Source: Octopus vulgaris (Eukaryota). Taken from it: 64,000 bases of DNA. The stretch's first letter is position 1; the number at the start of each line of letters is the position of its first letter. The stretch lies in assembly GCA_951406725.2 (NCBI GenBank), contig OX597815.1:172236001-172300000 (forward strand), written 5' to 3'. Positions 56,511 through 64,000 of this stretch are shown here, piece by piece. The translations under genes were made by a program, and so were the position numbers. The notes below the pieces were generated by a model. The model was given only the letters and a program-made list of their open reading frames with translations. It did not search any database and was not told the DNA's origin.

Positions 56511-59131
56511 ATGTGTGTATATGTTTGTGTGTCTGTATTTGTCCCTCCAATATTGCTTGACAACCGATACTGGTGTGTTTACATCCCCATAACTTAGCAG
56601 TTCAGCAAAATAGACCGATAGAATAAGTACTAGGCTTCCAAAGAATAAGTCCTGGGGGTCGATTTGCTCGACTAAAGGCGTTGCTCCAGCATGGCCACAG
56701 TCAAATAACTGAAACAAGTAAAAGAGTAAAGAGTATATCACCTTGAAATTTCAAACCTTCAAGATAATGTATGAATAATTCAAAATAATGCAACTAAATA
56801 AGTGCTACATTTGACAGAGTAATCTGAATGCTAAAAGATTAAAAGTCATTTCTGAAATCTTTTTTTATCTTCACAACTAATTCCTTCAGTTTGTGCATTG
56901 ATTCTCTGGCTGGTGCTAAAAGCTATGTATAGTCACAAATCCATTCAACTATAATTTTTACTTAAGTTATTTTAGTAAACAGTAAAATTATTTTCTAATC
57001 ATATTTTCTTAATTTGAAATTAGACAAAATCATACTTTTCAGTTGATTTATTTCATCATTAGAGAGAAAAGTCTTTTGATATTTATATCTACACTACATT
57101 GATCCTCTTAAGTTCTTAACTAGTTGCACATAGACACAAACAAGTGTGAAGAAAATGAAGCTTATTTCTTGAGGCAAAACATTTTCATCATGTCTCGAGA
57201 GATACATTCATTATTAAAGATGTATTAGATGAGGGGCAATGTGCAACTGACATTGAGGCAAAAATGAAGTTTTTTTTTTTATTTACAAGTTATAAGATCA
57301 CTCTTGATTTTGATATCTTAAAATTCCATTTACTAGAAAGTTTTTTTTTTATATATATATTTTAGTTCAGTTCTAAGTTTAGCAAGAAAAAATTTGGGTT
57401 TTTTTCCTTCTTTTTTTTTTGTTGTTGTTGTTAAACATGAACTACAAATTATGAAGCAGAAATTTAATAAGAAGATATTTTTCAGGTGATGGACCTTCAA
57501 GACATACTTTTGGCATATTGTGTTCACAATCCCTGTATTGGTTACTGCCAGGGTATGAACTTCTTTGCAGCAATGTGTCTCTTGTTTATGAATGCACATG
57601 ATACATTCTGGTAAGAGTTTGATTTTTTTAATATTTTTGTTTGCATCCTTTTTATCTATAATTATAAATAAAATTTAAAATGTATAATTGGACGTTGTAT
57701 ACATTTCCCTCTAAGTGGGTGTAAATTGATATTAAGAAGGATAGGTACAGGTATGTATATGCACTGGTGTGGCCCAATAGGTGTAGGCATGGCATAAGTG
57801 CAGGTATGGTTGTGTGGTTGAGAAGCTTGCTTCCCAACCATGTGGTCTTGGGTTCAGTCCCATTGTGCCAATCAAAAGCCAATCAAAGCCTTGTGAGTGA
57901 ATTTAGTGGACAGAAAATGAAAGAAGCCCATTATATGTGTACTCTTGTCTAGACATCATGTGATGAATGGGTGTTAAAGAGAATCATTAACACCCATTCA
58001 TGAGAAGCTGTTCATTTCCAGTCTTCTGTGGGAAACATGTCTAGCCAAGGGAAAATATTACCTTATTTGGAAACAGGGGAGGGTTGGTAACTGGAAGAGC
58101 ATCCAACCATAGAAAATCTGCCTCAACAAATTCTGTCTGACCTATGCAAACATAGAAAAATGGATGTTAAAAAATAATGATGATAAATGCTTTTAGAATA
58201 TATACTCTTCTTACACAAATAATATGAACGAAGAACTAGATATAAAGATGCTTGTGTATAGTCAATAAAGACATTAATGTGTGTAAGATATACATGAAGG
58301 AATAATGAGCTCATCTCAAGAAATTGCAATCAATCAGAGTTGACCACTTTTCTACATGATTTTTTTTTATGTGGAAGACTAGCAGTTGCCCATCTATTCA
58401 GGTCCCTTCTCACCATGCCATCAATGTTGTCTAAAGGGAAGGCCACCACATTAGGGTTGATACAGCTTGGCACCAGTGTTATCAAAGGTGTTACAATCAG
58501 AATACAAAGGGCCAAGACAAATACTGCTAGGCATCTCATGTGATGCTTTGACAGTTCTGCCAGTCCATCAACCTGTATTGGTACTTTATTATTAACAAAA
58601 AGTAGAATTGACTTTAGTGGGATTTGAACTCAGAAAACAGAGAATTGGAACAAGTACTCTGAGACAGTCTATCAAATACTCTAACAACTCAGCCAACACA
58701 CCACTTTAGTTAATATGAATAATTATAATAAGGCAGTGAGCTGGCACAATCATTAGCATGCTGGGCAAAATGCTTGGCAGCACTTGGTCTGTCTTTATGT
58801 TCAGAGTTCAAATTCCACCACGGTCAACTTTCCATTTCATCCTTTTGAGGTCAATAAAATAAGTACTAGCTGATCAGTGGTAACTTGCCTCAAACTTGCT
58901 GACCTTGTGCCAAAATTTGAAACCAATATGATTAAGTATAATAATAATTCTTTTTTGGAACAGTGAATCATGAAGCACATAAAGCTATAAATAATAGCAT
59001 TTTGGACAGAAAAAGTCAAAGTCATACTATATAGCTTTACTTGCTTTGAGATCCACTGCTCCAAAAAAAAGAATTATTTCACATTCTGTCAAAAGTTTAT
59101 AAAATTCTCATGATGTCACTTATAATAACAT

Positions 59132-59164
<33 letters not shown>

Positions 59165-60200
59165 GTTTAACGTCCGTTTTCCGCGCTAGCACGGGTTGGA
59201 CGGTTCGACCGGGGTCTGGGAAGCCAGGGGCCGCTCCAGGCTCCAGTCTGATTCTGGCAGAGTTTCTACGGCTGGATGCCCTTCCTAACGCCAACCACTC
59301 CGTGAGTGGATTGGGTGCTTTTTACGTGCCACCTGCACAGGGGCCGGGGGGTCCGGCATCGGTCACGATCGGTTCGAGCTTTTAACGTGCCAGGGACACG
59401 GGGGCAACGGGATGCGGGGTAGAGTTGAGTTGGGGGGGGGGGTCCAGCTGAGAAAGGTTTCACCAGTGAAAAGAGAGGGAGAGATAGTAAAGGGGTGCGG
59501 GTAATATAGGGGAGCACCAGTGGGGAAGGTTGGGGTAAGGAGGAACGATGGCAGGAAGGGTTGGTGAAGGTTCGTAAGAAATATAAACGTAGGATGTGTA
59601 TATATATATATGGGTAGGTGTGGGGGAGGTTGGGAGGGTAAGGAGGAACGATGGCAGGAAGGGTTGGTGCAGGTTCGTAAGAAATAAAAACGTAGGATAT
59701 TACGAGGCATGGAGGGGACTGGAAGGAGATAGTAGGATTGAGGCAGTGTTGGGGGTGGGAGGGACAAAACGACACCGCGCAATGGGAGAAGATGAGATTT
59801 TTAGGCGGCAGAAAGAAAGACAGGATTTGAGATGGAATGCTTTGCGATCGTGTGCATAAGTTTCTATGAGTGGAAGTTGGGAAAAGATGGGTTAGAGAAT
59901 TAAGCGACAGAAAGAAAGACCAAATTTGAGACGAGATGTTTTTGCGAAGGAAAGTTTATATGCTTCAGCTAGCATTTGAGACGAAAGACAACGATAACGC
60001 CAATATATGGGGAAACAATAATAATAAGAAGGCTTGATGGTGATGATGATACTTGCAAAAACAATGAAAAGAAGGAACAGGACTTAGCTGATATTTTTCA
60101 TCCTGCGTATTGGCTAAGCCTGTGGAAGCGAGTGAAGGCGAGATATATATACAGAGAGAGAGAGAGACAGTGATAACAGAGGGAGAAACCGACACCACAT

Positions 60201-60245
<45 letters not shown>

Positions 60246-61279
60246 GTGATAACAGAGGGACAAAACGACACCGCGCAATGGGAGAAGATGAGATTTTTAG
60301 GCGGCAGAAAGAAAGACAGGATTTGAGATGGAATGCTTTGCGATCGTGTGCATAAGTTTCTATGAGTGGAAGTTGGGAAAAGATGGGTTAGAGAATTAAG
60401 CGACAGAAAGAAAGACCAAATTTGAGACGAGATGTTTTTGCGAAGTTTTTGTGAATGAAAGTTTATATGCTTCAGCTAGCATTTGAGACGAAAGACAACG
60501 ATAACGCCAATATATGGGGAAACAATAATAATAAGAAGGCTTGATGGTGATGATGATACTTGCAAAAACAATGAAAAGAAGGAACAGGACTTAGCTGATA
60601 TTTTTCATCCTGCGTATTGGCTAAGCCTGATAATAAATGTATGGAATAAAATAAATTGAAAAAATATAATTATAATAATTGTATTGAATAAATTTACTTG
60701 GTGGTTAAGATATTGGATTATTAATCATGGTTTGTGCTGTCATATTTGATACAAGTGTTCCATTGCATCCTTGACAAGAATGGACACTATTCTAAGTTTG
60801 AAAGAATGGGCACCAATTAGTTCATCTGTCATCTTTATAACAGTATTGGATGCAATGCTAAGTACCATCTTTTTGAATTACTGTAGCTTGTAGAGAGGCT
60901 GTTGTTTAATGACATAGTGGGTATGATGTGTTTGTATTTTTAAGTGGAAAGTTTTTCTATAAGTGAAAAAGAGATTTTAAATAGTGACTACAAAATTTAA
61001 TTAAGAATATATTGAATATGATTTTCTGTTCATAGCTGTGTTATTGCTATTGAAAAAAATAGCAAAAATTAAAGTCCAAAATCAGGTAAAAACATTTCTA
61101 AAAAATGTTTTGGAAAATTAATCCAAAGAATCTAAAACTACCTTCTATCATGTGATTGACAGATGATTTTATATATACGTGTGTGTGTGTGTGTGTGTGT
61201 GTGCATATGTCTGTATGTTTGTGTGTATATGTATATGTGTGTGTGTGTTTATATATATATATATACATACTTATATATA

Positions 61280-61376
<97 letters not shown>

Positions 61377-62147
61377 ATGTATATATTTGTATATGTTAGT
61401 ATGTCTTTGTGCTTGTCCCCCTCCACCTCTCCACCTTGTGATAACTAGTGTTGGTTTATTTAGCAGTTTAACAAATAGAATTAGTGCCAGACTCAAATGT
61501 AAGTACTGGGGGCAACTTGTTTGACTGAACCCATCAAGGTAGTACTCCAGCATGGCCACAGTCTAATGACTGAAACCAATAAAAGATGAAAGATAATGAA
61601 ATCTGTGAATAATCTTAGAAAAAAAGAAAGAAAAATTGTAAGTAATCTACAGAAAAAATTCAGGAACCATGATTAATTAAATTTCCTTATGAGTAGATAA
61701 ATAAGTAACTAAGATTAAATACTTAAGCAAAATAATAAATGATATACTTAAAAAAAAAAAGACAAGGAAATGAATTCATATATTAAGTGAAAATTGTCCA
61801 ACTAATCTATTTTCTTTACATGCTGTGAAGCCGAAATATTCCTCTGATTATCCCATAATTTTGTTATTTACTAAACATTACTAACATAATTTTGTTAATA
61901 CTAAAACAAATTATCTTTTATTTTTTGCTGATGTAGGGCTCTGGTTGCCATTACAGAATTTTACTTCCCTCAGCATTACTTTGATAATAACCTAATTGGT
62001 GCACAAGCGGATCAATTTATCCTGAAAGACTTAGTCAAAAATATGCTGCCTAATCTAGCAGAGCACCTAGAAAGGACTGACATAGAACTATCCACTATAA
62101 CTCTTACTTGGTTTATGGCAATCTTTTTTGATTCAGTACCATTTCAG
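9890..62147 (+). CDS. TBC1D2: TBC1 domain family member 2/2B-like Rab-GAP (PH + coiled coil + TBC), 17 coding exons in window, 3' end beyond window
   Basis: Hand-spliced exons join in phase: 9890-9941, 15446-15623, 18688-18760, 27178-27258, 31184-31292, 37411-37464, 38730-39018, 42776-42868, 43803-43943, 45337-45477, 50063-50195, 51273-51343, 52047-52251, 53695-53850, 55830-55919, 57486-57610, 61937-62147 (2202 nt). Motifs: PH (LSGYL, LWCVF, WLLGLQ), [32 protein letters not shown] (Arg finger), GYCQG (Gln finger), TWFMAIF. Confidence 0.9.
10675..11150 (-). mobile_element. RTE LINE 3' end
   Basis: (CAT)n followed by cgtttaacgtc...gcatgggttggacg, as at 39566. Confidence 0.8.
11555..12049. mobile_element. 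palindromic Penelope-like terminal repeat pair with hammerhead-like cores
   Basis: 11555-11700 is inverted at 11900-12049; CTGATGA-AGGCTG...CAGCT-GAAA on -, and a GTAA variant on +. Confidence 0.7.
13795..14835 (-). mobile_element. Penelope-like element 3' part: GIY-YIG endonuclease C-terminus, C-rich UTR, terminal repeat
   Basis: ORF 14634-14861 ([17 protein letters not shown]...EQELIFSL...PHELN) matches the PLE endonuclease end; the terminal part is related to 62640-62800. Confidence 0.75.
15446..15623 (+). CDS. TBC1D2: coding exon 2 (PH domain; [29 protein letters not shown]...QFVI)
   Basis: tgtag| acceptor, AT|GTAAAT donor, open frame, PH-like W-x-V-F and L-x-x-Y-K pattern. Confidence 0.88.
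15854..16001 (+). mobile_element. second, inverted fragment of the same Penelope-like endonuclease segment
   Basis: Reverse complement of 14706-14858. Confidence 0.75.
17828..18217 (-). mobile_element. solo LTR (390 bp, TG...CA, 4-bp TSD) inserted into a SINE remnant
   Basis: ATTC at 17824-17827 and 18218-18221; AATAAA on the minus strand near 17940; SINE sequence resumes on the far side. Confidence 0.75.
18688..18760 (+). CDS. TBC1D2: coding exon 3 (PH C-terminal helix; [24 protein letters not shown]), GC donor
   Basis: gtcag| acceptor in phase 2; conserved PH Trp helix; ends CAG|GCAAGT. Confidence 0.85.
19018..20307. repeat. 362-bp tandem array (~2.6 units) plus one inverted unit, each with a hammerhead; retrozyme- or PLE pLTR-like
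   Basis: attaatagttatcgcc recurs at 19021, 19383 and 19745; inversion at about 19961; (TA)n on both sides. Confidence 0.92.
19192..19232 (-). ncRNA. minimal type I hammerhead ribozyme, U3-A8 variant (also 19554-19594 -, 19916-19956 -, 20035-20075 +)
   Basis: CTGCA-TTGATAA-AGGG caacaa CCCT-GAAA-CATG-TC-TGCAG: stems I and II pair fully, stem III is the palindrome ACAUGU, cleavage triplet GUC. Confidence 0.75.
22160..22495. mobile_element. hAT-like MITE (degenerate)
   Basis: Ends caggatttctcaacc / gatttagaaccattg resemble CAGTGGTTCTCAACC-type TIRs. Confidence 0.5.
22500..22780 (-). mobile_element. degenerate non-LTR retrotransposon RT C-terminal fragment
   Basis: [12 protein letters not shown] resembles the IRP-x-EY-x-S-x-W motif downstream of LINE RT domains. 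Confidence 0.5.
23965..24338 (+). mobile_element. tRNA-derived SINE, family B (CORE-like cttgggcaagt), full length
   Basis: TGGCTGTGTGG A-box and GGTTCAGTCCC B-box; near-identical copies at 47701-48099 (-) and 56276-56733 (+). Confidence 0.85.
25668..26215 (-). mobile_element. RTE LINE 3' end
   Basis: (CAT)n tail, conserved 3' UTR and the last codons of the ORF. Confidence 0.75.
26530..26885 (-). mobile_element. RTE LINE 3' end
   Basis: Same subfamily sequence as 461 and 10675. Confidence 0.75.
27178..27258 (+). CDS. TBC1D2: coding exon 4 ([11 protein letters not shown]...SYDK)
   Basis: Polypyrimidine tract with tttcag| acceptor, AAA|GTAATG donor, phase 0-0, continues the PH helix. Confidence 0.75.
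27550..27982 (-). mobile_element. RTE LINE 3' end
   Basis: Same subfamily sequence as 10675. Confidence 0.78.
28856..29606 (-). mobile_element. RTE LINE 3' end including ORF terminus
   Basis: Closely matches 39566-40380 ([11 protein letters not shown] region). Confidence 0.85.
31184..31292 (+). CDS. TBC1D2: coding exon 5 (DKLYNRGII...SSEK)
   Basis: ttttacag| acceptor, C|GTAAGT donor, open frame, phase 0-1. Confidence 0.7.
31820..32560 (-). mobile_element. mariner transposase relic
   Basis: ORF 31993-32175: LLQQDSARP...[16 protein letters not shown], the mariner DNA-x-PH and YSPDLAPSD motifs. Confidence 0.8.
33655..33890 (+). mobile_element. Helitron Pif1-like helicase C-terminal fragment
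   Basis: QF...TIHKAQGQ...VGIYL...FS...VAMSR, then NIVY; typical Helitron RepHel end. Confidence 0.8.
34030..34552 (-). mobile_element. RTE LINE 3' end
   Basis: (CAT)n tail with conserved 3' UTR. Confidence 0.75.
35514..36995 (-). mobile_element. RTE-clade LINE fragment including part of the RT
   Basis: Minus strand encodes [17 protein letters not shown] and LLYADDL (RT motifs), followed by the C-terminus and tail. Confidence 0.85.
37411..37464 (+). CDS. TBC1D2: coding exon 6, symmetric 54-nt exon ([17 protein letters not shown])
   Basis: T-rich tract with taaag| acceptor and AAG|GTAAGA donor; only the phase 1-1 frame is open, and it fits both neighbours. Confidence 0.6.
38036..38452 (+). 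mobile_element. tRNA-derived SINE family A, with tandem duplication of its 3' part
   Basis: ggcggcgagctggcagaa head and GAGTTCAAATTCC B-box; segment repeated from about 38269. Confidence 0.85.
38730..39018 (+). CDS. TBC1D2: coding exon 7 (Ser/Asn-rich linker)
   Basis: Overlaps ORF 38750-39022; acceptor caaaag|, donor AA|GTAAGG; phase 1-2. Confidence 0.8.
39566..41013 (-). mobile_element. RTE-clade LINE, 5'-truncated, open C-terminal ORF plus 3' UTR with 63-bp repeats
   Basis: ORF 40249-41010: CTQC..H..C/C..C zinc module, [32 protein letters not shown]. Confidence 0.92.
41050..41406. mobile_element. Penelope-like inverted terminal pair with hammerhead-like cores
   Basis: 41113-41230 is inverted at 41289-41406; GATAA-CTGAAGA...GAAA-CTCAGAG-TT-TTATC on -; (TA)n flanks. 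Confidence 0.7.
42343..42578 (+). mobile_element. tRNA-derived SINE family A
   Basis: Near-identical to the copy at 38036. Confidence 0.85.
42776..42868 (+). CDS. TBC1D2: coding exon 8 (…[10 protein letters not shown], coiled-coil start)
   Basis: ttttag| acceptor, AT|GTGAGT donor, phase 2-2. Confidence 0.85.
43803..43943 (+). CDS. TBC1D2: coding exon 9 (coiled coil; [10 protein letters not shown]...[16 protein letters not shown])
   Basis: ttccag| acceptor, AA|GTAAAT donor, phase 2-2, heptad pattern. Confidence 0.85.
43950..44878 (-). mobile_element. mariner relic interrupted by an RTE 3' end (44084-44340)
   Basis: [32 protein letters not shown], and TIR-like tacaagatggtatcaaaatgttcctggact at about 44877. 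Confidence 0.75.
45337..45477 (+). CDS. TBC1D2: coding exon 10 ([18 protein letters not shown])
   Basis: tttcag| acceptor, GA|GTATGT donor; N-x-FLN-x-E motif recalled from the TBC1D2 family. Confidence 0.9.
46400..46720 (-). mobile_element. degenerate RTE-like LINE C-terminus of a second family
   Basis: Minus-strand translation [18 protein letters not shown]...ELATNRRAW. Confidence 0.5.
47701..48099 (-). mobile_element. tRNA-derived SINE family B
   Basis: Reverse complement of 23965-24338. Confidence 0.85.
48856..49027. repeat. GC-rich compound trinucleotide repeat (GGC)n-GTT-GTC-GTC
   Basis: Directly visible; follows an (ATT)n SINE tail. Confidence 0.9.
50063..50195 (+). CDS. TBC1D2: coding exon 11 ([22 protein letters not shown]...)
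   Basis: ttttag| acceptor, TAT|GTAAGA donor, phase 2-0. Confidence 0.85.
51273..51343 (+). CDS. TBC1D2: coding exon 12 ([23 protein letters not shown])
   Basis: ttcttag| acceptor, AG|GTAAAT donor, phase 0-2. Confidence 0.85.
52047..52251 (+). CDS. TBC1D2: coding exon 13 (HVDSYGF...QWK)
   Basis: cactag| acceptor, AAG|GTACTG donor; D-x-YGF motif that precedes TBC domains. Confidence 0.9.
53695..53850 (+). CDS. TBC1D2: coding exon 14 ([19 protein letters not shown]; TBC start)
   Basis: ttccag| acceptor, CAG|GTACAA donor; G-I-P-x-x-x-R-x-x-x-W TBC motif A. Confidence 0.93.
54394..54455. repeat. 15-bp minisatellite x4 (ttgatattgccacag)
   Basis: Directly visible perfect tandem. Confidence 0.9.
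55830..55919 (+). CDS. TBC1D2: coding exon 15 ([12 protein letters not shown]; arginine finger)
   Basis: ttacag| acceptor, GGG|GTGAGC donor; IxxDxxR-type motif. Confidence 0.93.
56189..56842. mobile_element. piggyBac-like MITE split by a family B SINE (56276-56733)
   Basis: TTAA-CCCTTT start and gacagagtaatctgaatgctaaaaga-TTAA end; related copies at about 43465-43689 and 50831-51040. Confidence 0.6.
57486..57610 (+). CDS. TBC1D2: coding exon 16 ([12 protein letters not shown]; glutamine finger)
   Basis: tttcag| acceptor, TG|GTAAGA donor; YxQ motif. Confidence 0.95.
59131..59400 (-). mobile_element. young RTE LINE 3' end (CpGs intact)
   Basis: (CAT)n followed by cgtttaacgtccgttttccgcgctagcacggg. 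Confidence 0.8.
59759..60629. repeat. direct duplication of ~365 bp (59759-60122, 60255-60629)
   Basis: Copies look identical apart from an 11-bp indel; separated by a (GA)n-rich spacer. Confidence 0.9.
61937..62147 (+). CDS. TBC1D2: coding exon 17 (ALVAITE...GAQADQ...[14 protein letters not shown])
   Basis: tgtag| acceptor, CAG|GTAAGT donor; continues the TBC domain. Confidence 0.95.
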
Positions 62148-62280
62148 GTAAGTCAATGAATATATTTTTGAGGATGGATCTGGTTTATGACTTTGTTGGC
62201 ATGTCGTATATATACATTTATATATGTGTGTGTGTGTATATGTGTGTATTATATATATATACACACACACATGCACATAC

Positions 62281-62320
<40 letters not shown>

Positions 62321-63055
62321 GGAGGATCGTGGTCGGAGGATCGCAGTTTTGATTCCCAGACCGGGCATTGTATGTGTTTATTGAGCAAAAACACCTAAAG
62401 CTTCATGAGGCTCCGGCAGGGGTTGGTGGCAACCCCTGTTGTACTCTTTTGCCTCAACTTTCTCTCACTCTTTCTTCCTGTTTCTTGGGGGGGAACACAT
62501 ACACCATAGAAACCGGGAAACTGGGCTCATGAGCCTGGTTAGACTTGAAAAGGGTGCATAAATAAATATATATATAAATAAATAAATATATATATATATA
62601 TATATATACATACATACACATATATGTATATACATATGACGTTTTTTTTCTTCTCTCTCTATTTCTTCTTATTCCTTTCTGTTGAAAAGCGTAGGCTTGA
62701 AACAAAAGAATTACTATTTTCCTAAGCATCAAACTAATACACTTGCTTGTTATTCCTACACCTGTCTTCATCTTTTGCTTTTCTATAAATTTAAACTATA
62801 CACACACACATATTTATATACATACATATGTATATATTGTTGTGTCTGTGGAGGGTCATTCTGTTTTAATTCCTTATTAACACACCAGTTCGATTTCCAC
62901 TTATTTTTGTTTTTATAAAAGTTTTGTTGCTTCTTGCAACCACTTCAGTAGTTGTTGATTCTGTCCATTATCGGAGCTGCGTTCTTTTTGTTTTTAGTCT
63001 GTGCACATGTGAGTGCATCAGCATGCATGTGTATACATATATGTATGTATATATA

Positions 63056-63388
63056 GGCGCATGGCTCAGTGGTTAGAGCATCGAGCTTACGATCGTGAGG
63101 TTGTGAGCTCGAATCCCGGACCGGGCTGCGTGTTGTGTTCTTGAGTAAGACACTTTATTTCACGTTGCTCCAGTTCACTCAGCTGTAGAAATGAGCTGCG
63201 ACGTCACTGGTGTCAAGCTGTATCAGCCCCTTTGCCTTTCCCTTGGACAACATCGGTGACATGGAGAGGGGAGGCCGGTATGCATGGGCGACTGCTGGTC
63301 TTCCATAAACAACCTTGCCCGGACTTGTGTCTAGGAGGGTAACTTTCTAGATGCAATCCCATGGTCATTCATGACCGAAGGGGGTCTT
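63056..63388 (+). mobile_element. tRNA-derived SINE family C, full length
   Basis: ggcgcatggctcagtggttagagc...gctcgaatccc head; reverse copies at about 2410-2720 and 41420-41760. Confidence 0.85.
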
Positions 63389-63758
63389 TATGTATATATG
63401 TATGTATGTATGTATGCATGTATGTATGTATGTATGTATGTATGTGCGTATGTGTGTTTATGTGTGTATGCTCATATATATATGTATGCATGTGTGTACG
63501 TTTGTAAGTATGTATTCTGTATATTCATATGTTTGTGTGTTTGTATGTATGTGTGTGTGTATTTGTGTACCTCTGTCTCCTTCTGTATGCTTATTTGAGT
63601 GTGTCTATGTGTATAGGTTTTTGTGACTATGTACATGCATCTGTTATGAATGGATGTGTCTCTATATGTGTCTTTGTGTGTGTGTATGTGTAAGAGAGAG
63701 AGTGTGTGTGTGTGTGTGGAGTGTGCATGTGCGTAAATGGTCATGTGTTTCCGTCTCC

Positions 63759-63804
<46 letters not shown>

Positions 63805-63930
63805 TGTCTGTTCATATTACCTATGTACCTATCTACTTGCCTATCTACTTACATATCTATTTACCTACCTATCTATATATATATATATATATATATACTT
63901 TATTTAAAGCAGCAGAAAATTCAACAAAAT

Positions 63931-63968
63931 CTGTTACTCTGAGTTTCTCGTTGCCGTTCATCAGACAG
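63931..63968 (-). ncRNA. minimal type I hammerhead ribozyme motif (Penelope-like end)
   Basis: CTGT-CTGATGA-ACG gcaa CGA-GAAA-CTC a GAG-TA-ACAG; stem I CTGT/ACAG, GUA site, one stem II mismatch; next to (TA)n. Confidence 0.7.
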
Positions 63969-64000
63969 TTTTTGCTAGAATGGAACCGATATATCAATTC

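Noticed and set aside
63056-63130. tRNA gene
   Set aside because: The tRNA-like head continues into a SINE body found in several copies; no clean cloverleaf with terminator.

Overview
AT-rich, microsatellite-dense animal genomic DNA. The SINE, RTE and Penelope repeat content suggests an octopod cephalopod (inference, not checked). One protein-coding gene can be reconstructed by hand on the + strand: a TBC1D2/TBC1D2B-like Rab-GAP (PH domain, coiled coil, TBC domain). It has 17 phase-consistent coding exons from 9890 to 62147 (734 codons), a GC-AG third intron, and runs off the right edge. The introns contain RTE LINE 3' ends, at least three tRNA-derived SINE families, mariner, piggyBac, hAT and Helitron relics, and two TG...CA elements with target-site duplications. 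The most unusual signal is a set of minimal type I hammerhead ribozyme motifs from several Penelope-like families, mostly beside (TA)n tracts and often as inverted pairs. The best case is a 362-bp tandem array (retrozyme-like) at about 19.0-20.3 kb whose hammerhead carries a compensatory U3-A8 core pair. All coordinates were read by eye, so repeat boundaries are approximate.
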